DNA of 64,000 bases from Squalus acanthias (taxonomy: Eukaryota): positions 118,608,001 through 118,672,000 of the forward strand of contig CM059432.1 of the NCBI GenBank assembly GCA_030390025.1. Direction: 5' to 3'. Every line of letters starts with the position of its first letter. The first letter of the stretch is position 1. The notes under the pieces were generated by a model, which was not told the DNA's origin, did not search any database, and saw nothing but the letters and a program-made list of their open reading frames with translations. Of the stretch, positions 26,126 to 37,954 are shown one piece after another. The translations under genes were made by a program, and so were the position numbers.

Positions 26126-29100
26126 ACATGCCCTGTGGCCATCCCCCTCTCAAACAGATATACCGCTTTGAATATTGTTGGGAGAGATGGCTTATCGGGG
26201 GAAGGCAGCAGCAGCCAACTTCCTGGCAACATGGGTGGTTCTGCTGCACAGGAAGGGAGGAAAAAGAACGGGAGAGCTATAGTGATAGGGGCTTCTGTTG
26301 TAAGGGGAATAGATAGGCGTTTCTGAGTCCGCAAACGAGACTCCAGGATGGTATGTTGCCTCCCTGGTGCAAGGGTCAAGGATGTCTCAGGGTGGCTGCA
26401 GGGCATTCTGGAGGGGGTGGGTGAACAGCCAGTTGTTGTGGTACATATAGGTACAAACGATATAGGTAAAAAATGGGATGAGGTCCTAAAAGCTGAATAT
26501 AGGGAGTTTGGAGGTAAATGAAAAAATAGGAACTCAAAGGTAGTAATCTCAGGATTGCTACCAGTGCCTCATGCTAGTCAGAGTAGAAATAGAAGGATAT
26601 TTTCAGATGAATACATGGCTAGAGGAATGGTGCAAGGGGGAGGGATTCAAATTCCTGGGACATTGGAGCCGGTTCTGGGGGAGGTAGGACCACTACAAAC
26701 TGGAAGGTTTGCACCTGGGCAGGACTGGGACCGATGTCCTGGGGAGAGTGTTTGCTGGTGCAGTTGGGGAGGGTTTAAACTAAAATGGCAGGGGGTTGGA
26801 AACCTGTGCAGGGAGACAGAGGAAATGGAAGCAAGGATAGAAACAAAAGACAGAAAGGAGAAGAGCAAAAGTGGAAGGCAGAGAAATCAAGGGTGTAAAT
26901 CAAACATGGCTATAGTAAATAATAATTCTAAAAGGACTAAGAGTGTTAAAAAAACAAGCCTGAAGGCTTTGTGTCTTAATGCGAGGAGCATTCATAATAA
27001 GGTGGATGAATTAGCTGTGCAAATAGATGTAAACGGAAGTTATATAATTGGGATTACAGAGACATGGCTCCAGGGTGATCAAAGCTGGGAATTCAACATC
27101 CAGGGGTATTCAATATTCAGGAAGGACAGACAAAAAGGGAAAGGAGGTGGGGTAGCATTGCTGGTTAAAGAGGAGATTAACACAATAGTAAGTAAGGATA
27201 TTAGCTCTGATGATGTGGAATCTGTATGGGTAGAGCTGAGAAATACCAAGGGGCAGAAAACGTTAGTGGGAGTTGTATACAGACCCCCAAACAGTAATGC
27301 TGAGGTTGTGGATGGCAGTAAATGGGAAATTAGAGATGCGTGCAATAAGGGCACAACAGTTATCATGGGTGACTTTAATTTACATATAGATTGGGCTAAC
27401 CAAACTAGTAACAATACTGTGGAGGAGGAATTCCTAGAGTGTATACGGGATGGTTTCCTGGACCAATATGTCGAGGAACCAACTAGAGATCAGGCCATCT
27501 TAGACTGGGTATTATCGAATGAGAAAGGATTAATTAGCAATCTTGTTGTGCGAGGCTCCTTGGTGAAGAACGATCATAATATGATAGAATTCTTCATTAA
27601 GATGGAGAGTGAAGTAGTTGACTCAGAGACTAGGTTCCTAAATTTAAATTAAGGAAACTACAATGGTATGAGGCGCGAGTTGCCTAGGATGGATTTTGGA
27701 ACATTACTTAAAGGGTTGACGGTGGATAGGCAATGGCAAACATTTAAAGATCGCATGGATGAACTACAGAATTTGTTCATCCCTGTTTTGCATAAAAATA
27801 AAACAAAAAAGGTGACTCAACCGTGGCTAACAAGGGAAATTAGGGAATAGCATAAGATCCAAGGAGAGGACATATAAATTGGCCAGAAAAAGCAGCAAAC
27901 CTGAGGATTGGGAGCAGTTTAGGATTCAGCAAAGGTGGACAAAGGGATTAATTAAGAGGGGGGAAATAGAGTATGAGAGTAAGCTTACAGGGAACATAAA
28001 AACTGACTGTAAAAACTTCTATAGATATGTGAAGAGAAAAAGATTGGTGAAGTCAAGCATAGGTCCCTTGCAGTCAGAATCAGTGGAATTTATAATGGGG
28101 AACAAAGAAATGACAGGCCAATTAAACACATACTTTGGTTCTGTCTTCACAAAGGAGGACAAAAATAACCTCTCAGAGGTGTCGGGGAACATAGGGTCTA
28201 ATGAGAGGGAGAAATTGAATGAAATCAATATTTGTAGGGAAATGATGTTCGGGAAATTGATGGGATTGAAGGGCGATAAATCCCCAAGGCCTGATAATCT
28301 GCATCCTAGGGTACTTAAGGAAGTGGTCCCAGAAATAGTAGATGCATTGCTGGTCATCTTCCAAAATTCTGTGGACTCTGGAACAGTTCCCATGGATTGC
28401 AGGGTAGCTAATGTAACCCCACTATTTAAAAAAGGTGGTAGAGAGAAAACGGGGAATTATAGACCAGTAAGCCTGACATTGGTAGTGGGGAAAATGCTAG
28501 AGTCCATTTTAAATGATGTAAAAGCAGAGCACTTGGAAAACAGTGACAGGATTGTACAAAATCAACATGGATTTACAAAAGGTAAATCATGCTTGACTAA
28601 TCTACTGGAATTTTTTGAGGATGTAACTGGTAGAATAGATAAGGGAGAACCAGTGGATGTGGTGTATTTGGACTTTCAGAAGGCTTTCGATAAGGTCCCG
28701 CATAAGAGATTAGCGTGCAAAGTTAAAGCACATGGGATTGGGGTAAGGTACTGATTTGGATAGAGAACTGGTTGGCAGACAGGAAGCAAAGAGTTGGAAT
28801 AAATGGGTCTTTTTCCGAGTGGCAGGCAGTGACTAGTGGTGTACCACAGGGATCAGTGCTAGGACCCCAGCTATTCACAATATATATTAATGATCTGGAT
28901 GAGGGAACTATATGTAATGTGGATAAATGCGAGGTTATCCACTTTGGTGGAAAAACAGGAAGACAGATTATTATCTGAACGGCAATAGATTGGGTAAAGG
29001 GGAAGTGCAACGAGATCTGGGAGTCCTTGTGCACCAGTCGTTGAAGGTAAGCATGCAGGTGCAGCAGGCGGTTAAGAAGGCAAATGGTATGTTGGCCTTC

Positions 29101-29262
29101 ATAGCGAGAGGATTCGAGAACAGGAGCAAGGATGTCTTGCTGCAGTTGTACAGGGCCTTGGTGAGACCACACCTTGAGTATTGTGTGCAGTTTTGGTCGC
29201 CTTATCTGAGGAAGGATGTTCTTGCCATGGAGGGAGTGCAGCGAAGATTCACCAGACTGATA
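26126..29262 (+). mobile_element. CR1 LINE, 5'- and 3'-truncated, same subfamily as 16781-21190
   Basis: ORF1 esterase part, endonuclease ORF 26555-27652, RT 27879-29260. Translations are nearly identical to the minus-strand copy. Internal deletion at ~28915. Confidence 0.95.
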
Positions 29263-29358
29263 CAAACTCCACACAGACAGTCTACCGAGGCCGGATTCGA
29301 AGCCGGGTCCCTGGCGCGGTGAGGCAACAGTGCTAACCACTATGCCACCGTGTTGCCC
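29261..29358 (-). mobile_element. 5' tRNA-derived head of an HE1-type SINE
   Basis: Minus strand gggcaacacggtggcatagtggttagcactgttgcctcaccgcgccagggacccggcttcgaatccggcc has A-box (TGGCATAGTGG) and B-box-like (TTCGAATCC) motifs, followed by ctgtctgtgtggagtttg. Body truncated. Confidence 0.85.
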
Positions 29359-29359
29359 T

Positions 29360-32300
29360 AAACATATAACTAAATTTTAAAAACTAAACTTAATTTAATT
29401 AATTTAAGAAACTAAACAAGGTAAATACTTTGATTAATACTAAACTAATTAATTAAACAAATAAAATAATTGGAGAGCAGGAGATGTGTTGCTGCTGCAA
29501 TGTGTGGGAGCTTGTGGACATTTTTGTCCAGGGCGACTACATCTGCGGTAAGTGTCTGCGGCTCGAGGAACTTCGGCTCCGAGTTGAGGGGCTGGAGTCC
29601 GAGCTGCAGACATTGTGAGACATCGGGGAGGGAGAAAGTTACCTGGACCTTTTGCTCCAGGATGCAGCCGCACCCCTTAGATTAAATACTTTAGAATTGA
29701 CATGTGGTCAGGGACAGGAGGGTGTGACTGCGAGTGAGGCAGGTACGGGGATCCAGGAGGTAGTATTGCAGGAGCCTCAGTCCCTGCACTTGTCCAATAG
29801 ATTTGAGGTTCTTGCAACCCTTGTGGACCAGTACGGGGACTGCGGGGAGGACAAGCAAACTGACCATGGCACCATGGTACAGGAAGCCGTTCAAGTGAGG
29901 GGAGTAAAAAGGAAGGTGGTTGTAGTAGGTGACAGTATAGTTAGGGGGATAGACACTGTTCTCTGCAGCCAGGAGCATGAGTCCCGAAGGTTATGTTGCC
30001 TACCCGGTGCCAGGGTAAAGGACATCACCTCCAGGCTGGAGAAGAACTTGGAGTAGGAGGGGGAGGATCCAGTTGTCGTGGTCCACGTAGGTACCAAAAA
30101 CAAATGTAGGACAAAGAAAGACGTTCTGCTGAGAGAGTTTGAGCAGCTAGGGACTAAATTAAAAAACAAAACCACAAAGGTCATAATCTTTGGATTATTA
30201 CCGGAGCCACGAGCAAATTGGCATAGGGTCAATAGGATCAGGGAGATGAATGCATGGCTCAAAGATTGGTGTGGGAGAAGTGGGGTTCGATTCGTGGAGC
30301 ACTGGCACCAGTATTGGGGAAAGAGACAGCTGTTCCGTTGGGACGGACTACACCTGAGCCATGCTGGGACCAGAGTTCTAGCGAATCGAATAACTAGGGA
30401 GGCAGATAGGGCTTTAAACTAAATAAGCGGGGGAGGGTCCCGGTGGAGAGAAATCTAGAATGTTAAAGAGAAAAGACAAGGAAGCAGTGCAGGAAAGTGA
30501 TTGGGGTAAGGATAACCAGATTGTGTCAGAGCGTACAAACAAAAGAGTGCACTAACAGATAGGGTCCGGGTAAGAAAAAATGGTAATAAGACAAATAGGG
30601 CCATAGTACAAAAAAATGTTAAGATGTCTAAAAACGTTAAAAAGACAAATCTGAAGGCACTGTATCTGAATGCACAAAACATTCGTAATAAGGTAGATGA
30701 ATTAACAGCACAACTAGATGTAAACGGATACAATATAATTGCGATTATGGAGACATGGCTGCAGGGTGACCAAGGCTGGGAGCTGAATATCCAAGGATAT
30801 TTGATATTTAGGAAGGACAGGCAAAAAGGAAAAGGAGGTGGGGTGGCCTTGTTCGTAAAGGATGAAATCAGAGCAATAGTGAGAAAGGATATTGGCTCAG
30901 AAAATCATGATATCGAATCAGTCTGGGTGGAGCGAGGAAGCACCGAGGGGGGAGAAAACATTGGTGGGAGTTGTCTATAGGCCTCCAAACAGTAGTGGTA
31001 ATGTAGGGGATGGCATCAAACAGGAAATTAGAGATGCATGTAACAAGGGTACTACAGTAATCATGGGTGACTTTAATCTACATATAGACTGGTCAAACCA
31101 AATTAGCAATAATACTGTGAAGGATGAATTCCTGGAGTGTGTACGAGATGGTTCTTTAGACCAGTACGTTGAGGAGCCAACTAGGGAACAGGCTATCCTA
31201 GATTGGGTATTGTGCAATGAGAAGGGGTTAATTAATAATCTTCTTGTGGGGGGTCCTTTAGGGAAGAGTGACTATAACATGATAGAATTCTTCATGAAAA
31301 TGGAAAGTGAAGAAAACCAATCCAAAACTAGGGTCCTAAATCTAAACAAAGGAAACTACGATGGTATGAGGAGTGAGTTGGCTATGATAGATTGGGGAGC
31401 TTCATTACAAGGCATGACGGTGGATAGGCAATGGCTAACATTTAAGGAATGAATGCATGAATTGCAACAGTTATACATTCCTTTCTGGCACAAAAACACA
31501 AAAGGAAAAGTGGCCCAACCATGGCTAACAAAAGAAATTAAGGATAGTATTAGATTCAAAGAGGAGTCATATAAAGTTGCGAGCAAAAGTAGCAAGCATG
31601 AGGATTGGGAGCAGTTTGGAGTTCAGCAAAAAAGGACCAAGAGATTGATTAAGAGAGGAAAAATAGAGTATGAGAGTAAACTTTCAAGGAACATAAAAGT
31701 GGATTGTAAAAGCTTCTACAATTATGTAAAAAGAAAAGATTAGTGAAGACAAATATAGGTCCCTTACAGTCAGAAACGGGAGAATTTATAATGGGGAACA
31801 AGGAAATGGCAGGGCAATGAAACAAATACTTTGGTTCTGTCTTCATGGAAGAGGACACAAATAACTTTCCAGAAATGCTAGTGAACCAAGGGTCTAGTGA
31901 GAAGGAGGAATTAAAGGAAATTAGTATTAGTAAAAAAATAGTGCTGGAGAAAACAATGGGACTGAAAGCTGATAAATCCCCAGGGCCTGATAATCTGCAT
32001 CACAGAGTACTAAAAGAGGTGGCCATGGAAATAGTGGATGCATTGGTTGTCATCTTCCAAAATTCTATAGATTATGAAACAGTTCCTGCAGATTGGAGGG
32101 TGGCAAATGTAACCCCACTATTTAAAAAAGGAGGGAGAGAGAAAACAGGGAACTACAGACCGGTTAGCCTAATATCAGTAGTAGGGAGAATGCTAGAGTC
32201 TATTATAAAGGATGTGATAACAGGACACTTCAAAAATATCAACAGGATTAGACAAAGTCAACATGGATTTATGAAAGGGAAATCATATTTGACAAACCTA

Positions 32301-33550
32301 CTGCAGTTTTTTGAGGATGTAACTGGTAGAATAGATAAGGGAGAACCAGTGGATGTGGTGCATTTGGATCTTCAGAAGGCCTTTGATAAAGTCCCACATA
32401 AGAGGTTAGTGTGCAAAATTAAAGCACATAAGATTGGGGATAATATACTGGCATGTATTGAAAATTGGTTAACAGACAGGAAACAGAGAGTAGGAATAAA
32501 TGGGACTTTTTTGGGGTGGCAGACGGTGACTAGTGGGGTACCACAGGGATCAGTGTTTGGTCCCCAGCTATTCACAATATATATCAATGAGTTGCTGAGG
32601 GAACCAAATGTAACATTTCCAAGTTTGCTGATGACATGAAACTAGGTGGGACTGTGAGTTGTGAGGAGGATGCAAAGAGGCTTCAAGGCGATTTAGACAA
32701 GTTGAGTGAGTGGGCAACTACATGGCAGGTGCAGTATAATGTGGATAAATGTGAAGTTATTCACTTTGAGGAAAAACAGAAAGGCAGAGTATTATTTAAA
32801 TGGTGATAGATTGGGAAATGTTGATGTACAAAGGGACCTGGGTGTCCTTGTACACCAGTCACTGAAAGCAAACATGCAGGTGCAGCAAGCAGTTAGGAAG
32901 GCAAATGGTATGTTGGCCTTCATTGCAAGAGGATTTGAGTACAGGAGCAAGGATGTCTTACTACAGTTGTACAGGGCCTTGGTGAGACCTTACCTGGAGT
33001 ACTGTGTGCAGTTTTGGTCTCCTTACCTAAGAAAGGATATACTTGCCATAGAGGGAGTGCAGCAAAGGTTCACCAGACTGATTCCTGGGATGGCAGGACT
33101 GTCGTATGAGGAGAGATTGGGTCGACTAGGCCTGTATTCACTAGAGTTGAGAAGAATGAGAGGGGATCTCATTGAAACGTATAAAATTCTGGCAGGGCTA
33201 GACAGGCTGGATGTAGGGAGGATGTTTCCCCTGGCTGGGGGGTCTAGAACGAGGGCTCAGGATACGGGGTAGGACATTTAGGACTGAGATGAGGAGAAAT
33301 TTCTTCACTCAGAGGGTGGTGAACCTGTGGGATTCTCTACCACAGAAGGCTGTGAAAGCCAAGTCACTGAATATATTTAAGAAGGAGATAGATAGATTTC
33401 TAGACGCAAAAGGCATCAAGGGGTATGGGGAGAGAGCGGGAATATGGTATTGAGATAGAGGATCAGCCATGATCATATTGAATGGCAGAGCAGGCTCGAA
33501 GGGCCAAATTGGCTACTCCTGCTCCTATTTTTCTATGTTTGTATGTTTCT
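29360..33550 (+). mobile_element. Near full-length CR1 LINE, mutated
   Basis: ORF1 with Cys motifs at ~29485-29560 and esterase (VGDSIVRG, HVGT, DGLHL). ORF2 endonuclease and RT pieces 30624-33272. Tail ttctatgtttgtatgtttct at ~33531-33550. Confidence 0.95.
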
Positions 33551-36217
33551 AACTGCACCCTGCATGAACATCTCACTTTCACTCCCAACATGAGTCCTCA
33601 TGTGGAAACCTGGACAAGGCATCTGCGATTGCGTTCTGCCTTGAAGTGCAATATTCAATCGTGTAGTCATATTGTGAGAACAACACTGCCAACATTGCAT
33701 TCTTGATGCGGCCATTACAGGGATGGCAGATTTGGGCCCCAATATTGCTAGGAGCGGTTTGTGATCAGTTATCAGCGTAAACTGTCTGCTGATCAGGAAC
33801 TGTTGGAATTTCTTGCTTCCAAACACTATGGCAAGTGCTTCCTTTTCAATTTGTGCACAGTTTCTTTCGCTCTTTGTGAGGGTTCGCGATGCAAATGTGA
33901 TTGGTTTCTCTTGGCCGTCATCCATTACGTGGCTTATGACAGCTCCCACACTGTAACTAGAAAGCATCACTAACTTAAGCTCACACTCTGTGTTGTAGTG
34001 CACAAGTAGAGCATCGTTAGAGCGACTTCTCTTACAAGTGTCGTAAGCTTCCTGTTGCGCTTTCGTCCACTTCCACTGGACATCCTTCTTGAGGAGCTCG
34101 TGTAATGGAGCTAACATGGTCGCTAACTCGGGTAAGAAACGTGCATAGTACTGGACCATTCCAAGGAAAGATCTTAACTCAGGCACGTTCTGTGGCTTTG
34201 GAGCATTGATGACAGCATCAATCTTTTCCTTAACTGGTTGCAAGCCATTTGCATCAACTTTCAGACCAAGGTACACAATCTCAGGCTGCACAAAAGCACA
34301 TTTGCTCCCTTTCAATTTGACATTGTGGGCATTCAACCTTTGAAGCACTAAATCTAACACTTCTAGATTTTCTTCCTTGCTTGTTGCGATCAGCACATCG
34401 CCTTGATTGCATAAGCAATTTGGAACTCCTTGCAAAATCTTATCCATCGTGGCCTGGAAGATTTGCGGGGAGGACTTTACACCATACAGCAGCTTGGTGT
34501 ATGAGCACAGTCTCTTGTGTGTGTTGATAGTGAGATACTGTTGACTCTCTGTCAGCATTCAGCTGAGCGTAAGCATGTGACAGGTCAAGCTTGGAGAAAA
34601 CCTTTGACCCAGAGAGTGCTGCATACAAATCTTGCGATGTAGGTAATGGGTACTGCTCATCATCAACTACTTGGTTGATAGTAACTTTGTAGTCAACACA
34701 AGCGTACAGTTTTGTCTGCTTTGGCACTACCACAATCGGAGTAGCCCATTCACTTTTCCATTTTTACTAGCACTCCGTTCTCTGAGCTTCGCTAGCTCTT
34801 CCACCATCTGACTTTTCAACGCATACAATAAACAGGCTTCGCGTTGGACTTGATGCAGATATGCGCGTCATACCCAGTGATGCCGTCATAACTGTCTGTG
34901 AACATGCTTTCATACTTGGTCAGCATTGTGTCGAGTTGCTTCTTTGAAGCATCTACACTGAAGATGTTTTTCCAGTCTAGTTTTAACTTTCTCAACCAAT
35001 CTTTGCCCATGAGAGTTGGCCTGTTGTGGTAGCTCGCTACAATAATAGGCAGCTTTACTGACTGGCCATTGTGTTGAACTCTACATTCCATTTGTCCACA
35101 TGTCTCTAGGATTTCTCCAGAGTAGGTTTTTAACTCTACGGTACTCTTTGTAAGTGTTATTTGATTAAACTTACTCTCATATGTGCCCTTACTCATGATA
35201 GAGCAGTCCGCTGCCGTGTCGAAACACTATCAATATATTGCTCGTTCATCAAAAGTTTTGTACGGAAGTATTTCTCAGGACTGCTAGCATTTCTGCTAAT
35301 GGCATAGATACTGTAGATTCCTAGTTCTTCAACATCAGGTGTGTTCACTTCAATATTGTGAATTCCTCCCTTTTGTTGTTGCTGCTTTGCATTGCCACTA
35401 GAATGGTTCTTACTTCCTGCTTTCGATCTCGCTCTGCCAGCTGTTGAAATATGGCCTTGCTTCTGGCAGTGAAAACACTTCGCATTTCTGTATTGGCAGG
35501 TCTGTGGTGAGTGATTTCCATTGCAGCGATAACAATTCACTGAACTGCTCTCACCGACATGCTTTTGACTCAGTCTCACATCTTTAGGTTTGGCGGTGGC
35601 TTTGTGACTGTTGACCTCAGCTGTACTAGTCACTTGAGTTGGACGGAGCTCCCTAGCATTCTTAGACACCATCTCCATAGATGGGGCAATTTTGCATGCT
35701 ATGCCAAACGTTAGGTTCGGAGTGTTCAGTAACTTGGACTGTGCGCTCATCCACCAGTCCACACATAAACTTATCTCACAACACACAATCCAAAAATGTG
35801 CCGAAGTTACAATGCAAAGACAGGTTTTTAAGAGCTGCAATGTACTCACTGATGGTTTCACTTTGTTTGTGGTTTCTGCTACCAAACTTTCAGCTCTCTG
35901 CTATTTCTCACGGCTTTGGGTTGAAATGGTCCTTGAGTTTCTCGACAATGTCTTCAAACAACGTATCCTTCACTTTCCTAGGCGCGAGTAGGTTTGTCAA
36001 CATTCCAAAGACATCTCGCCCGATCTCCATTAGAAAATTGCTTTTTTACATTCACAAATTACTTTATTTTGAGCTCGAACATTCTCATCTGCAGCTTCAG
36101 TCTCAATAATGTTATTGGCCCTAAAAAAATATCCATCTGCTCAATGTAAGAACTGAATGGTCCGCGAGCTCGGTCATACATGCTGAGGCTTCCGATGAAT
36201 CCCGTAGGCGCGGACAT
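33551..36217 (-). pseudogene. Gypsy gag, protease region, RT and RNase H (frameshifted)
   Basis: ATG at 36217 (MSAPTGFIGSL). Zinc knuckles CYRCNGNHSPQTC and CFHCQKQGH. RT motifs VDYKVTIN, FSKLDLSHAY, ELRSFLGMVQYY. RNase H FASRTLTKSERN, EKEALAIVFG, TDHKPL. Confidence 0.93.
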
Positions 36218-36330
36218 GATTGTCCCGATCCCGTCAAACAGTAATTCAGCATGCTACCTGTGTACCTTAAACTTTTCCACACGAAGGTTGAACACTGTGT
36301 CCTTCCATGATCCCTAAAAATGGTTTTGGG

Positions 36331-36348
36331 ATCCCATCCTCATCGCCA
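36331..36348 (-). promoter_or_regulatory. Primer-binding site complementary to tRNA-Ser(GCT) 3' end
   Basis: Plus strand atcccatcctcatcgcca matches the vertebrate tRNA-Ser(GCT) 3' end ATCCCATCCTCGTCGCCA (recalled) at 17/18; lies 4 nt from the LTR. Confidence 0.8.
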
Positions 36349-36352
36349 AAAA

Positions 36353-36477
36353 TGTAATATATATGGGTAGAACAAATGAAGGACAGAGACAGGATGAGTT
36401 GTTCGTCCATGTGCTTGCTTTACTAGGCCAGAGCGAACTGAGCATGCTCATACTAAACCATGTGACAATACATTACA
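36353..36477 (-). repeat. Gypsy 5' LTR, 125 bp
   Basis: Inverted ends TGTAAT...ATTACA; adjacent to the PBS; homologous to the split 3' LTR. Confidence 0.92.
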
Positions 36478-36889
36478 TATAGTTTGTGCATATTATGTAG
36501 AGGATACACAAAATGACAGTCGGTTTACTGGAAAATAAGCCACCCATTAAAGTCAGACACATAACAAGAGATGTGTGTTATGCAGCATGACACGCTGATA
36601 GCTTAGCTTTCTGTATTCCACAGAGTCTCATCGAGCATCTTGTTTGTACCACATGCTGACTTATTTTACGAGTGAAAGTTGGGTTGTTTTAAGAAAAAAA
36701 GGCTGGCACAACATAATTGCTTTAATCTGTGGAGATTTCTCATCACAAGACAGCTGCTGCAGGCTCTATGATAGAGTGTGATGCGGTCACATAGCTGTTA
36801 ACAGGGTCAATGTAAATACAGGCTGGCTGCCACATAGAACATGTAACAGTGGAAAATAGCAAGCAAAGTGTTTATACATATGAATTGCT

Positions 36890-37355
36890 AGACTAATAAA
36901 GACCAAGGTCCATCTAGTTTGCCTTATACCATCCCGGTACTCACAGCAATCAATCTCTATCAATTTGTCTACAACAGACCCAAACATGACGTGAGGAAAA
37001 CCCCAGTGGTGGAGCGCTTTGGGAACCATGGGTCCAAAGTCAACTTTTTCCTTCCAACCATGCTAAAATTACCACATCATTTCTCAAGTTACTCATATAC
37101 TCTATCCCAAAATGTTATTTCATGAAAGAAATCAATCTAATTTGCATTTGAATGAATCAAAAACAACTGCTTCCATCGTCTCCCTAGGGAGCCTGTTCCA
37201 TAGATTGACCACTCGCTCACTGAATTGTTTCCTCAGATTAGTTTTGAATTTACCCCCCTTCAAGCGCAGGCCGTGCCCTCTGGTTCTACTGTTCTGGACA
37301 AGGTGAAATAGCTCGTCATGGTCTTCATTATCTTGTCCCTTTAGAATCCTACATG
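36890..37355 (-). mobile_element. Diverged CR1 3' fragment
   Basis: RTRGHGLRLKGGKFKTNLRKQFSERVVNLWNRLP, followed by 3'UTR-like sequence. Confidence 0.85.
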
Positions 37356-37954
37356 TTTTATGATAGCAGTCCTCTTCAAGAAATGGATGTTGTAGCGAAG
37401 ATCGAGTCATCTGTAAGTGAGAGAAAATGCTGGCAGAAAAAGGAGGTTACTTGAAAAGTCAAAAAAGCATCAGTTTCTGAAGAAAATCAAACATCAACAT
37501 TCTGCCTACACGTGCAAAGCACAATAACAATAGTAAACAGTGTACTGGTGTGCACAAGTACAGGTAGTGTGTAAGAGAATCAGTAATAAGCAAAAACATA
37601 AGTACTCATCATCTCAATAATGTACACACTAAAAGGGATATATTTTTTCTTCCATAGGATAGCTAGCAAGTCTGCGTCATGTGTGTTTTATAAATGACAC
37701 CAAATATGTAGGAGGGTAGTTCAAGGTAGTTCAGAAAAGACTTGTTAATGTTTCTGACATGCTCTAAACCCTGACTGTGTCAGACAATCCTAGCAATTTA
37801 CACAAAAGCAAAAGGAATTGGTGCTGGTGCCACTCGCAGTGTAAATAGAAAACAAAATATTTTACGTTTCCTCAATGATTAAAATGTTGATTCCAACACC
37901 CCTTTATTTTGGTATCATTTTTCAAGTTATTTCTTTTCCCCATCACTTAAACCG

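Larger units (their letters stand above)
21918..36477 (-). mobile_element. Ty3/Gypsy LTR retrotransposon (Mag-like), defective, with multiple nested insertions
   Basis: Two ~125-bp LTRs, PBS, PPT, and gag-PR-RT-RNaseH-INT order on the minus strand. Flanks TATGG (21913-17) and TATAG (36478-82) look like a 5-bp TSD with one mismatch. Confidence 0.93.

Noticed and set aside
29261..29358. tRNA gene
   Set aside because: The A/B boxes run into SINE body sequence and there is no complete cloverleaf; it is a SINE head.
37366..37430. Possible small host exon (minus-strand acceptor ttttctctcacttacag, or plus-strand donor gtaagt at ~37413)
   Set aside because: No recognisable peptide, no partner exons, and it abuts a CR1 fragment; cannot be supported without RNA data.
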